Shown here: positions 11,033 through 24,018 of the stretch, piece after piece
Position numbering within the stretch: position 1 is the first letter of the stretch
How the letters are laid out: the number at the start of each line of letters is the position of its first letter
DNA from: an uncultured Planctomycetota bacterium
Lineage (GTDB): Bacteria > Planctomycetota > Planctomycetia > Isosphaerales > Isosphaeraceae
Assembly: GCA_963737655.1 (NCBI GenBank)
Contig: CAVTTN010000002.1
Span: 5,280,001 to 5,344,000 of the forward strand
Reading direction: 5' to 3'
DNA: 64,000 nt
Program-made: the position numbers and the translations under genes
Notes under the pieces: generated by a model
The model's input: only the letters and a program-made list of their open reading frames with translations
Database searches by the model: none
What the model was told of the DNA's origin: nothing

Positions 11033-14000
11033 ATGCGGCAGGGCAAGGCGAAGGCGCGACATCTCGGCTACGATCGCCGGCGATCTCATGGGCGGCTGAG
11101 CCTGGAGGCCCTGGAGCCCCGGCAGCTCTTAGCGACCCTCACGGTGACCATGTCGGGCGATGCCGCCGGGGCGACGGGGACGCTCCGCGATGAGCTTTCC
11201 AAGGCCAACTCGCCGGGCGGCGACTCGATCGTCTTCGACCTGCAGGACCAGAATCCGGACGCCGGTAACAACGAGACCATCACCCTGAATTCCCCGGTCA
11301 CCGTCGGCGGGATGGTCACGATCCAGGGGATCGCCGTCGGCGGGACCCATTCGACGATCACGATCGATGGCGGGGGCAAGGCGTTCGACGGCCTGATCCT
11401 CACGGGCGACGCGAACTCGCTGAGGAACCTGACGGTCAACGACTTCGGCGGCAGCGGCGTGGTGATCCAGGGCGGCACCGGCGACACGATCGTCGGCAGC
11501 TTCCTCGGCACCGACTCCAGGGGGGCGGCGGCCATCGCCAACGGCGGGGCCGGCATCCTGATCATGGCCGGCGGCAGCACGATCGGCGCCCTGGCCATGC
11601 CCAACGTGATCTCCGGCAACGGCGGCGCGGGCGTGTCGATCGCCGGGACGGCCTCGGGCAACGTCCTGATCGGCAACAAGCTCGGCGTCGGCGCCGACGG
11701 CACCACCCCCCTGCCCAACAGCATCGGCGTGGGCCTCAGCGGAGTGACCGGCAACACCATCGGCCCGGGCAACGTGATCGCCGGCAACCTGGCCGAAGGG
11801 GTCCGGATCGACGGCGGCTCGAAGAACGTCGTCACGGGCTCCTACCTCGGCACCGACCCCGCCGGGGACGACCTCCACAACGGCACCTTCGGCGTGGTGA
11901 TCGGCCCCGCCACGGCCTCGGACGGCAACACCATCGGCGGGGCCGCCGTCGCCGACGGCAACACCATCGCCTTCAACCCCACGAGCGTCCGCGTCCACTC
12001 CGGCACCGGCAACTCGATCCTCACCAACTCGATCCACGACAACAAGACCGCCGGGATCGCCCTGGACCCGGGCGCCAACGAGGACGTGACCGCGCCGACC
12101 GTGAACGCCGCCCTCGATTTCTCGGCGACTTACACCACCCGTCAGGGCGTGATCGCCCGGGGGACCGTGACCGGGGTTCTCGGGGCCGACGGCAAGTACC
12201 TCGTCCAGTTCTTCTCCGACCCGGCCGCCGACGCCAACCTCGACGAGGGCCGGACGTTCCTCGGCAGCACCGTCGTGACCGTCGCCGCCGGGACCGGCGC
12301 GTTCGACGTGGACCTGACCGGGACCGTCGCCGTGGGCGACTACATCACGGCCACCGCGACGACGCCGACCGGCAGCACCTCGATGTTCTCGGCCGCGACG
12401 AAGACGACCGACGCGCTCCTCGTGACGACCACCGGCAACGACCCCGCGACGCCCGGCACCCTGCCCTACGCCCTCCAGGCCGCCAACGACCACAAGAACG
12501 CCACCGACCGCATCCACTTCGACATCTTCTCCGGCCCATTCGTGATCGCGCCAACCGATACGCTGACGGCGACCGACCCGGTCATCATCGACGGCACCTC
12601 GCAGATTGGCTACACCACGACCCCGATCATCGAGATCAGCGGGGCGAACGCGCCGACGACCTCCGACGGCCTCGTCTTCGACGCCGGATCGGGCGGGAGC
12701 GCCCTGGTGGGCGTGGCGGTCTACGGGTTCGGAGGCACCGCCGCCCCCCTGGCCAGCAACGTCGTCCTGAACTCCGACGGCGACGCCATCGCGGCCGATT
12801 TCCTCGGCCTCCAGCCCGACGGCACCGCCCTGAACACCGGGGTTGGGCTGACGGTCAAGTCGGCGAGCAACACCATCGGCGGGTCCGGCGCGGTCACGAT
12901 CGGCCCGGCGGGGGCGTCCGTGACGGTCGCGAACCCCGGCAACCTGATCTCGGGCAACGCGGGCGATGGCATCCTCCTGACCGGCGCCGGGGCGACCGGC
13001 AACCGCGTCCTGGGCAGCACGATCGGCGCCGATGTGACCGGGGCGACGGCCGTCCCCAACGGCGGATCGGGCGTGACGATCGTCTCCGGGGCCTCTTTGA
13101 ACACGATCGGCGGGTCGAAGGCCGGCGAGGGGAACCTGATCTCCGGCAACGCGGGGTCCGGCGTGTCGATCACCGGGACGACCGCCACGAGCAACCTCCT
13201 GCTCGGCAACTTCGTCGGCACCACGGCCGACGGCAAGTCCGTCCTGGCCGGGACCTCGCAGCCGACGGGCGTGTTCCTCGACACGACGACCGGCAACACG
13301 ATCGGCGCCGGCAACGTCGTCTCGGGCGGCACCTCGGCGAACGTCGAGATCAACGGCGGGTCGAAGAACGTCGTGTCCGGCAGCTTCGTGGGGACGAACG
13401 CCAGCGGCTCGGCGGCCCTGGCCGGCACCTCGCCCACCGATGGCGTGTATGTGAACGGATCGGCGTCGAACACGATCACCGGGAACCTGATCTCGGGGAA
13501 CGCGACCGGGGTGGTCCTCTCCGCGGCCGGCGCCACCGACAACGTCGTGATCTCGAACCGGATCGGCACGGATGCGGCGGGCTCGGCGGCGGTGGGCAAC
13601 AACGTCGGCGTGAGCGTCGATACCAACGCCTCGGGCAACGCCATCGGCCAGAGCGGCTCGGGCAACCTGATCTCGGGGAACTCCGCCGACGGCATCCAGA
13701 TCATCAACAACGGCGCCTCCGCCAACACCATCGCCGGCAACACGATCGGCCTGGACCTCTCCGGCTCGGCCAAGCTCGCCAACGGCGGGGCCGGCCTGAA
13801 CGTCGGCAACTCGTCGCTCCTCCTGATCGGCGGCAGTGCCACCGGCGCCGGCAACGTGATCGCCGGCAACGCCCACGAGGGGGTCATCCTGGGCTCCACC
13901 AGCCCGGCCCTCTCCAACACGATCCAGGGCAACGCCATCGGCACCGACCGCGCCGGGACCGCCACGACCCTGGGCAACGGCGCCGACGGCATCCTGATCA

Positions 14001-17000
14001 AGAACGGTTCGGATTCGAACCTGATCGGCGCCTCCCAGGCCGACGCCCAGGCGCACGCCGGCGCCGCGTTCGACCTCACCCCATCCCCCTCCGGCAACAC
14101 GATCGCGTACAACGGGGGGGACGGCGTCCACATCGTGGATGCCACCCTCCCCGCCCCGGCGGCCGGCGGCCAGTCGGTCTCGATCCTCTCCAACGCCATC
14201 TTCCTGAACGTCGGCGGCGGGATCGTGATCGGCCCGCTGAGCAACATCGACCCGGGCACCGGCAAGACCGTCCAGGCCCCGGCGATCGCCGTCTTGACCT
14301 TCTCGGCGCCGTTCACCGCCCATGAAGACACCTACATCACGGCCACCGTGACCGGCGGGCCGAACACCACCTACACCGTGCAGTTCTTCGACAACGCCAC
14401 GAACGACGACGAAGGGCGGACCCTCCTCGGCACCCGGACCGTGACGACCGACGCCTCCGGGTCCGCGACCTTCACCGCCCAGGTCAGCGGGTTCGCCGAC
14501 CTCAACGGCTTCTACACGGCCACGCTCACGTCGCCCGACGGCAGCACCTCGGAGTTCTCGGCGACGACGAAGGCGACCGATGCCCTGGTCGTCACGAACG
14601 CCAACGCCACCGGCCCCGGCTCGCTGAACACCGCCATCGCCAACGCCGATTTCCACGCCGGCGTCGCCGACATCGTCCACTTCAACATCCCCGCCGCGCC
14701 GACTCCGTACACGATCGCCCTGAACGGCACCCCCCTGCCGGCGATCACCGACCCGATCAGCTTCGATTACACGGGCCAAGCCGGCTACGACGCCAAGACC
14801 TGCGTGCCGATCATCGTCCTCGACGGCACGAACACGCCGGGAGACGGCCTGAGCCTCTCGGGCAACGCCGGGGGAGCTCGATCTCCGGGTTCGTGATCGA
14901 GAACTTCGCCACGGGCAACGGGATCAGCGTCAACAGCGTGCCGAACGTCGCGATTTATTGCGACTACATCGGCACCGACTTCACCGGCAACGCCAAGGCG
15001 AGCAACGGCCTGGACGGCATCCTGATCGCCGGCAACTCGCCCGGGACGACGATCGGCGCCTCGTCCGCCCCGTCTCCCCTGATCGTCGGCGGCAACCTTC
15101 AGAACGGCATCGAGATCAAAACGACCGTCTCCGGGACGACGATCCTCGACACGAACGTCGGCATCGGCGCCGACGGCAAGACGGCCGTGGCGAACTCTCT
15201 GGACGGCATCCTCGTCAACAACGCCCCGGGCGTGACGATCGGGCCGAGGAACGTGATCTCGGCGAACCTTCAGAACGGCGTGGACATCGTCGGAGATCCC
15301 GCCTCGAAAACGATCGTCCGAGCTAGCTTGATTGGCACCGACTCGCTCGGCACGCTCGCCCGAGGGAACGCCAGGGACGGCATCCTGATCACCAACGCCT
15401 CGCACGTGACGATCGGAGGAGCCGCCCCGGCCGACCTCAACGTCATCTCGGCGAACAAGGGCAACGGCATCGAGACCGTCGGCTCGACCGTGACGGGCAC
15501 GCTGATCACCGGCGACTATATCGGCACCACGCTCGACGGCAAGCTCGCCCTCGGAAACGGCGGCTGGGGCGTCTCGATCGGCGGAGGCACGGCGAACACG
15601 ATTGGCTCGACGGCCGCGAGCCCGACGTTCCTGATCTCGGCCAACAGCCTCGGCGGAGTGGCCCTGGGATCGTCGATGAGCGCGATCGTCAACGGCTACC
15701 TCGGCACGGCGATCGACGGCAAGACGGCCCTGGGGAACATCGGCGACGGCGTGCTGGTCACGGCGAAGAACAACACGCTGACGGGCCTGGTGATCTCCGC
15801 GAACACCGGCAACGGCGTGAACGTGACGGGGGCGTCGGTCACGGGGACGGTCATCCAGAAGAGCTTCATCGGCACCACGTTCGACGGCCTCACCCCTCTG
15901 GGCAACTCGCTGACGGGGATCATCCTCGGCAGCGGCGCCTCGGCCGCGACGATCGGCGGATCGGCGGCGGGCGCGGGCAACGTGATCTCGGCCAACAGCG
16001 CCGGGGGCATCGCGATCAGCGGGGCGGCCACGGTCTCGGGCAGCCTGGTCGAGGGGAACACGATCGGGGCGAACGTCAACGGCCTCGGCGGCTCGATCTT
16101 CGGCAACACGGGCAACGGGGTGGTGATCTCCGGGGTACCGGGCAACACCGTCTCCGGCAACCTCGTCGCGCACAACACCGCCAACGGGATCGAGGCGGCC
16201 GGCAACTCGCTGGATCGGTTCCTGAACAACACCGTGACCGCCAACACGCTGGCCGGGATCTTCCTGAACGTCACGCTGGCCAGCACCATCTCGGGCAACT
16301 CGATCACCGGGAACCTGGGCGATGGGGTGACGGTCGCCGATGGCGTCCTGGACCTCGTCGCGTCGAACACCATCACCGGCAACGGGGCCGAAGGGGTCGA
16401 TTTCTCCGGGACGACCTCCAGCACGATCTCCGGCAACGGGGTCTCGACCAACGGCGCCGACGGCGTCCTGATCGCGGGCGGCGGCGGGAACCTGATCTCC
16501 GGCAACGGGATCTCGACCAACGGATTCGACGGCCTTGGCATCGTGAGCTCGCCGAGCAATACGGCCACGGTGAACACGATCTCCGACAACGGCGGGATCG
16601 GCGTCTCGCTCAACTCCGCGTCCACGAATACCATCGGCGGGTCGGCCGCGGGCCTCGGCAACCTGATCACCGGCAACGCCTCCCGGGGCGTCCAGGTCGT
16701 GGGTGGGTCGGCGAACCTGTTCCTGGCCAACACGATCGGCGGGGCCGGCGCGGCGGCCAACGGCTCCGACGGCGTTTATCTTGGCGTCACGACCTCCGGC
16801 AACACCATCGGCGCCGGCAACCTGATCTCCGGCAACAAGGGCAACGGCATCCAGATCGAGTCCACCGGCTCGGCCAACCTGATCATCGGCGCGTTGATCG
16901 GGACGACCGCCGACGGCAAGTCGGCCCTCGGCAACTCGATCAACGGCGTCCTCGTCTTCGGCCCGAACAACACGATCGGCGCCGGCACCGTGATCTCGGG

Positions 17001-20000
17001 CAACAAGGCCAACGGCGTCCAGATCGACGGCCTGAACGGGTCTCCCGCCTCGACCGCGAACGGCAACATCCTCACCGGCGTCCTGATCGGGCTGAACCAG
17101 GCCGGGACGGCCGCGATCCCCAACGGCGGCAACGGCGTCCTGATCCTGAATTCGGCCTCGGGCAACGTGGTCGATTCCTCGGTCATCTCCGGGAACTCGC
17201 TGAACGGCGTGGCGATCGTCGGCTACCAGACGACCGGCAACATCGTCGATAAGACCTATCTCGGCACGTCGGCCGACGGCAAGTCCGCGATCGGCAACGG
17301 CGGCGATGGCGTGTTGTTGCAGGATTCGAACGGCAACATCATCGGCTCGGGCGACGTGATCTCGGCCAACGCGGGCAATGGCGTCGAGATTTCGGGGTCT
17401 CTGGCCAGCGCGAACCTGGTGACCGGCGCCCTGATCGGCACCGACGTCTCGGGGTTGAAGCCCCTGGGCAATGCCGGCAACGGCGTCCTGGTCACGAACT
17501 CGGCCTCGTTCACCACGATCTCGGCGACGACCACTTCGGCCAACAAGCTCAACGGCGTGGCCCTGGTCGGCACCGCCACCACGAGCAATGTGCTGTTCTC
17601 CGACAAGATCGGCGTGACGAGCGATGGGAAGGCGTCGCTGGGCAACGGCGGCCTGGGGCTTTTGCTCGATGGTTCCCATCAGAACACGATCGGCGGGGCG
17701 ACCTCGGACACCGTGAATCAGGTCTCGGGCAACTCGCTGGGCGGGGTGCTCGTGACCGGCTTGACCGCGTTCGGCAACGTGTTCCCGGGGAACCTGATCG
17801 GGACGGATGTGACCGGCAAGCTCGTCCTCCCGGGCGATTCGGGCGATGGCTTGACGATCTCCAACGCGCCTCGCAACACCGTGGGCCAGGGGAACGTGAT
17901 CTCGGGGTATCTCGGCAACGGATTGGTGATCACCGGGGCGTCGGCGACCGGGAACCTCGTCACGGGCGTGCTGATCGGGACCGATCAGGCCGGGACGGTC
18001 GCCCTGGGGAACTCGCTCGATGGCGCGGTGATCGGGGGAGGGGCGTCGGGCAACACGATCACCCTCTCGGTCATCTCGGCGAACAAGGGGGACGGCCTGG
18101 CGATCGTCGGCGGGTCATCTGGGAACCTGGTGACGAAGTCGTACATCGGCACGATGTCCAGCGGCTTCGGGGCCCTGGGCAACGGCGGGCTGGGCGTCCG
18201 GATCGACTCGTCGGCGAAGAACACGATCGGCGGGGCGTCGGTCGGCGGGGTGATCGCGGCCAACGGATCGGGCGGCGTGTTGATCCACGGAGCGGCGGCC
18301 TCGGGCAACCTGATCGAGGGGTACTACGTCGGGACGGACGCCTCGGGGATCGCCTCCCCCGTGGCGCCGAGGCTCAATCCCGGCAACGGGATCACCGTGA
18401 GCTCGGCGCCGAACACGACGATCCGAGGCGACGTGATCGGCGCCTTCGCCGGAAGCGGGATCGCCCTGACCGGCCCGGGGACGACCGCCACCTTGATCGT
18501 CGGCGACCAGATCGGCACGGACCGCTTCGGGCTGTCGTCGGCCCTGGGCAACGCGGTCGATGGCGTCCTGATCACCGGCGGGGCGGCGGCGACGACGATC
18601 GGCGGATCGGCGACGGCCGACCGCAACGTGATCGTCAAGAACGGCAACGGGATCGAGGTCACCGGAGCCGGCTCGGGAACGTTGATCCAGGGGAACGATG
18701 TCGGTGTCGGGGCCGACGGCTTCCTGATCCTGTCGAACGTCAACGGGGTCGTCGCGGTGGACTCGCCGGACGTCGCGGTGATCGGCAACGTGATCTCGGG
18801 CAACGGGACGGGCCTCTCGGTCCTGGGGATCACCGGGACGGTGGACGTCCGGGGGAACCTGATCGGCGTGGACTCGACCGGCGCGAAGGCCCGGGGCAAC
18901 GGCCAGGGCGTGGTGATCGCCAGCTCCAACGGGGTCCACCTGGGAGGCCCGGCCGATTCGGATCGCAACGTGATCTCCGGGAGCAACCTGGGCGCGGGCG
19001 GGTCGTTCGCCAATCCCGTCGGCGTGACCTTGACGAGTGACCCGGGCGCCCTGGTCCAGAACAACAATATCGGGACCGATTCGACGGGCGAGGTGGCGAT
19101 CGGCAACGGCGATTTCGGGCTGGCCCTGCTGGCGATGGACCATGCCACGATCACCGGCAACGTGATCTCGGCGAACCTGGAGGGCATCCGGGCCGACACG
19201 CTCACGGTGTCCCTCCTGACCGACAACAAGATCGGGACCGACGCGAAGGGGACGGCCGCCCTGGGCAACACGCTCGACGGGATCGAGCTGATCCGGTCGG
19301 CCGACAACACGATCGGCGCGGGCAACATCGTCTCGGCCAACGGCCTGGACGGGATCGCGATCGAGGGGCCCGACTCGGGCAACGACTCCGGGCCGAGCAC
19401 CGGGAACCTGATCTCGGGGGTGAAGGTCGGCACCGACGCCTCGGGGGCCGCCCCCCTGGGCAACGCCGGCAACGGCGTGATCCTGATCGGGGGCGGGAGC
19501 CACGGGACGGTGATCCTCAACTCGCTGGTCGCCGCCAACCGACAGAACGGCGTGGCGATCGTGGACGGGGCCCCGCTGAACGTCGTGATCGGCAGCACGA
19601 TCGGCGCCGGGACGACCGACGCGGCCGGGACCCTGGGCAATGGCCTGGACGGCGTGAGGATCGCCTCCGGGGCCCACGACAACCTGATCCTCCAGAGCGT
19701 GATCTCCGGCAACGCCGGGGACGGCGTGGGGATCGCCGACCAGGAGACGAGCAACAACCTCATCCTGAACAGCAAGATCGGCACCGACCCGACCGGCACC
19801 GCCGCCGTGCCCAACGGCGGCTCCGGCGTGTTGATCCAGGACGCCGGGTTCAACCAGGTCGGGCCGAACAACCAGATCTCCGGCAACCGCTTCCACGGCG
19901 TGGCGGTCGTCGGGGCGACGGCGGGTGCCAACGCGATCACCGGCAACGTCATCGGGATGACGGCCGACCTGACCCACGCCCTGCCCAACGGCCAGGTCGG

Positions 20001-22115
20001 CGTCCTGCTCTCCGACGCCCAGTTCACGATCATCGGCGGCGCCTACGGGAACGGCGGCAACTTCATCTCCGGGAACGCCGGGGGCGGGATCGCCCTGTAC
20101 AACGGGTCGGGCGACACGCAGATCTTCGGCAACGTGATCGGGATGGGCGCCGACGGCAACATCCCGGCCGGGACGGTCACCAATGGCGCGGTCCCGGGCA
20201 TCCTGATCTCGGACTCCCACTCGACGACCGTCGGCGGCCTCCTGGGCTCGACCGGCAACGTGATCTCGCGGAACACCGGCGACGGGATCGACGTGTTCGG
20301 CTCGGCCTCGGCCGCGACGGCGATCCTCGGCAACTTCATCGGCACCCTTCCCGGCGGCGGAGGGGCCGCGCCCAACGGCCTGGTCGTGACCCAGGCGTCG
20401 GGGCCGCTGAAGGGCGTGGGCCTGGCCGAGGGGGACGGCGTCCTCGTCGTGGGCGCGTCGGGCGTGACCATCGGCGGGTCCGGCTCGGCGGGCAACGTGA
20501 TCTCGGGCAACCTCAAGAACGGCGTCGAGTTCCAGTCGGCAGCGAGCGCCGTGGTCCAGGGCAACAAGATCGGCACCGACGCTTCCGGGACGATCCGGAT
20601 CGCCAACGGCCTGCCGTTCGGCCCGGGATCGCGGATGGAGTTGGCCGATTCCGGCGGGGTGATCGACTCGGAGTTCCTCAACGACGCCGGGGGCAACCCG
20701 GTCAGCCTCAAGAACGCCTATTCCAACGGCGTCCTGGTGGTCGATTCGCCGGGGGCGACGATCGGAGGCGCGGGCGGGCTGGGCAACGTGCTCTCGGGCA
20801 ATGGCTCGAACGGCCTGGTCCTCCAGGGATCGGGGACGTCCGGCGCGTCGGTCGGGGGCAACGTGATCGGCCTGGCGGCCGGGGGTTCGGTGCCCTCGGT
20901 CAGCCTGGGCAACTACGGCGACGGCATCCTGATCGACGGATCGGGGAAGAACGCGATCGGGGCCCCCGGCTCGGGCAACATCATCGCGGCCAACGGGTTC
21001 ACCCGGAGCACGACGTTCCCGACGACCTCGGACCTCACCGCCGGGGTGTTCCTCCAGGGTCAAGGGGCGTCGGGCAACGTCCTCCGGGGCAACACGATCG
21101 GCTCGGACGCCTCGGGGACGACCCGGGCCCCCTGCCCGATCACCTGGTCAATCCGTTCGGCGTGGTGGCCCAGACCGGCGGCCTCGGCGGCGTCTTCCAG
21201 CCGGCCGGCGTGTTCGTCCTGGATGCCCCGAAGAACACGATCGGCGGCGTCCTCGGGTCGTCGGGCAACGTGATCTCGGGCAACGGGTTCGTCGGGGTGG
21301 ACGTCCGGAGCAAGATCGCGGGCTTCGCCACCCAGGCCGACCAGGACGGCGACGGCGGGGACGGCACGCTCGCCGGGGGCAACCTGATCGTCGGCAACTT
21401 CGTCGGGACCAACGCCTCGGGCGGCTCCACGGTGCCCAACGGCTCGACGATCTCGACCGGCACGGTCGGGGCGGGGATCTACGTGAACAAGGCGTCGAAC
21501 ACCACGATCGGGGGCAGCCGGGCCGACGGCGCCGGCAACGTGGTCTCCAACAACCAGGCCTCCGGCGTGGAGATCCTGGGCGACCCGAAGGGGAACACCC
21601 CCAACGGCGCCGGCACGCTCGTCCAGGGCAACATCATCGGCCTGGACCCGACCGGGATGATGGCCCTGGCGAACCTGGCCGACGGCGTGTATGTGGTCAA
21701 CGCCCCGGGAGCGACGATCGGCGGGGTCGGCTCGCCGTTCGTGATCGGCAACGTGATCTCGGGCAACGGGGCCGACGGCATCCACCTGTTCGACTCGGGG
21801 ACCGTCGGCACCCGGATCGGCTCGAACTTCCTCGGGACGGACATCCTGGGCAAGACGAAGACGGGCGTCGGCAACTGCGCCTACGGCATCCTGATCGACG
21901 ACGGCGTGAAGGACGCCAAGGTCTTGAACGGGTCGCAGAGGAACTTCGGCAACGGCTTCGGGCCGGTCCGCGATACGAGGCTCGACTCGTCGGCCGAGCA
22001 CGTCCCGGCCGGCGCCCGCTTGGGCGGCGGGATGGTCTGCACCCCGGGCCAGACCATGAAGGCCAAGGCCCGGCTCCTGCATCACTTCAAGACGGCGAAG
22101 ACGGCCAAGGGCTGA
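11033..22115 (+). CDS. giant (~3,690 aa) parallel beta-helix repeat surface protein with planctomycete extracellular (LEPR-xLL) N-terminal motif; two apparent frameshifts (~14872, ~21130)
   Basis: Joined from ORFs 10997, 14893 and 21162. GGAG precedes the ATG at 11033; RLSLEALEPRQLLA motif; dozens of GNxISGN / IGTD / GN..DGV repeats; duplicated VQFF...EGRT.LG...TATxT..GSTSxFS modules. Confidence 0.85.
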
Positions 22116-22122
22116 GAGAGGT

Positions 22123-22179
22123 TGCCATGCTCGGGGGTCATCGCCCACGAAGACGTGGGCATGACTCCCGGGGATGGCA
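22123..22179. repeat. REP-like hairpin between convergent genes
   Basis: Imperfect stem with core GCCCACG-AAGA-CGTGGGC (22143-22160); same family as 31570-31668. Confidence 0.75.
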
Positions 22180-22191
22180 TCGAGCCCGCGA

Positions 22192-23700
22192 TCATCGGAC
22201 GGCCACCGGGGGCGCCCGGCGCCGACTCCCGGCATGCCGATCCCCCGGCCGTTGCCGCCGAACCGCAGGTTGAAGAGGGCCACGATCTCGTAGTCGAACG
22301 GCTTCGGGCCGGTGATCGGGGTCACGTAGGCGAGCGTCAGGAACGCCCTCTGGCGGAGGACCACCGTGGTCCCGAACGTCAGGTTCACGATGTCCGGCTG
22401 GCTGGCCGGGTCGTTGGTGTGGAACCCTCGGTGGTTCAGGGGGACGTTCAGGTGGGTCTCGAACGTCGGGACGATCGCCGTGACCAGCGCGTTCTTCTGC
22501 TTGTTCTGGTAGGCGTAGTAGCCGATGGCCAGGTCCTCGAAGAGGATCGTGGAATCGTTCGGGTCGGTCGGCACGGCGATGGCGGTGAAGCCCTGGAGGT
22601 ACGCCCGTCCCTGGGAGAAGAGGTAGCCGACGAACGGCTGGATCTGGGTGTTGCGGAAGCCGACGATGTTGTTATAGCCGCCGAAGGATTTCGGGCCGGT
22701 CGGCAGGGAGAGGTCCATGCCGAGGGTCAGGAGCTTCCTCCAGTCGTCGCTGGCCATCAGCACATACTTGCCGAAGACGCTGAGGTTGCCGAGGGCCGAG
22801 TGCGTCCCCCCGTAGCCGGGCTGGAAGCTGTCCACGACGATCGTGTTGACCGGCTCGCGGAGGCCGAAGGAGGCCCGGCCGTCGAGGAACGTCTTCTCGA
22901 AGCCGAACAGCTCGCGATAGGCGCGGACGTGGGTGATCGGGGCGAGGACCCTCTGGTTGTAGGAGCGATTGATGTTGTCGTAGAAGTTGAAGTCGCCAAA
23001 AATCCGGTCGATCGGCCGGGGGTCTGGTTCTCGGCGATCTTGAAGCCCCGGATCGGGGCGCTGAGGCCCTTGATCGGCCGGGGGGCGGAGGGGGCGGAGC
23101 CGGGGGGCAGCTCGCTGCCGGTTCCGGCGGCCTGGTAGATGCGGAACGGGAGCATGTCGCCGATGATCCCGGGGGGGGCGCCTCCCGAGCTGAGGCCCTG
23201 GCCCTCCTCGGAGGAGACCGCGGCGCCCGGAGCGGCGGCGCCTCCGGTCGCGCCGAGGCCGCCGGAAGTCCCGTAGGGGCTGGCCATCCCCGGCGCGGTC
23301 GCCCCTCCCGAGGCCATGGCCGTGTTCGGCGATCGGAACTCGGGGGCGCCGAGGGCGGCCCCCTGGAGGGTCATCCCCAGGAACCCCTTGCCGTGGCCGT
23401 GGCCGTGGCCCCGGCCTCCGCACGGGCAATTCGGCCGTGTACAGGCCGGAGAGCCCGGCAGGCCCTGCGGGCTCGCCTTCGCCGGAGGTGCCTGGGGCGT
23501 CGGTAGGGGGGCGAACGGGCCGGCGCCTGGGGGCTCACGACCTCGGACTCACCCCGGGCGGCCCCGGGCGCCGAAGATTCCGGACGCGCGTTCTGGAAAT
23601 AGGCCGACTGGTACGGCGGGTCGTCGGCCCGGGCAATCCCGACCGTCAGGCCGATCAGCGTGAACGCGGCCCCGAGAGCGGCGTAATGCTTTTGATCCAT
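22192..23700 (-). CDS. putative outer-membrane beta-barrel protein with a long low-complexity N-terminus; apparent frameshifts (~23510, ~23020, ~22215)
   Basis: Signal peptide MDQKHYAALGAAFTLIGLTVGIARA; Pro/Gly-rich linker; RGFKIAENQTPRPIDRIF; amphipathic strands including LGNLSVFGKY and LGMDLSLPTG, reminiscent of COG4313/Phenol_MetA_deg barrels. The stop at 22192 assumes one lost G and is uncertain. Confidence 0.65.
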
Positions 23701-24018
23701 CGAATCGGGCTCCTGAGTCGTCCGATTAGGATTTTCGTCCGAACGGCCCCGCTCGGGACCGTACATGCCTTCAGGGGTGGGTCGATTCGAGGGCGGTCCG
23801 GTTGCGCCGGAACCCCGGATTCGTCAACCTCTAGCTGGGATATCGACCATCGGGATTTTTCGGTTTGCAGAATTCGGCCTCTTCCGACAATGATTACTAT
23901 TGTGCGGTTTGCCCCGGCCATGCGAGCGCTCGCCCCGCGAGGAGGCGGCCGCCGTCTCGGGTCGATCGCGTCGAGGCGAGGGGGCCGGCCCGAGGTCGGG
24001 CGCGGGGAGAGGGCAGCC

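Noticed and set aside
21060..22191. Extension of the barrel ORF ~1.1 kb antisense into the giant gene
   Set aside because: Restoring one G near 22215 gives a stop at 22192, just before the REP hairpin; the extension has shadow-like composition.
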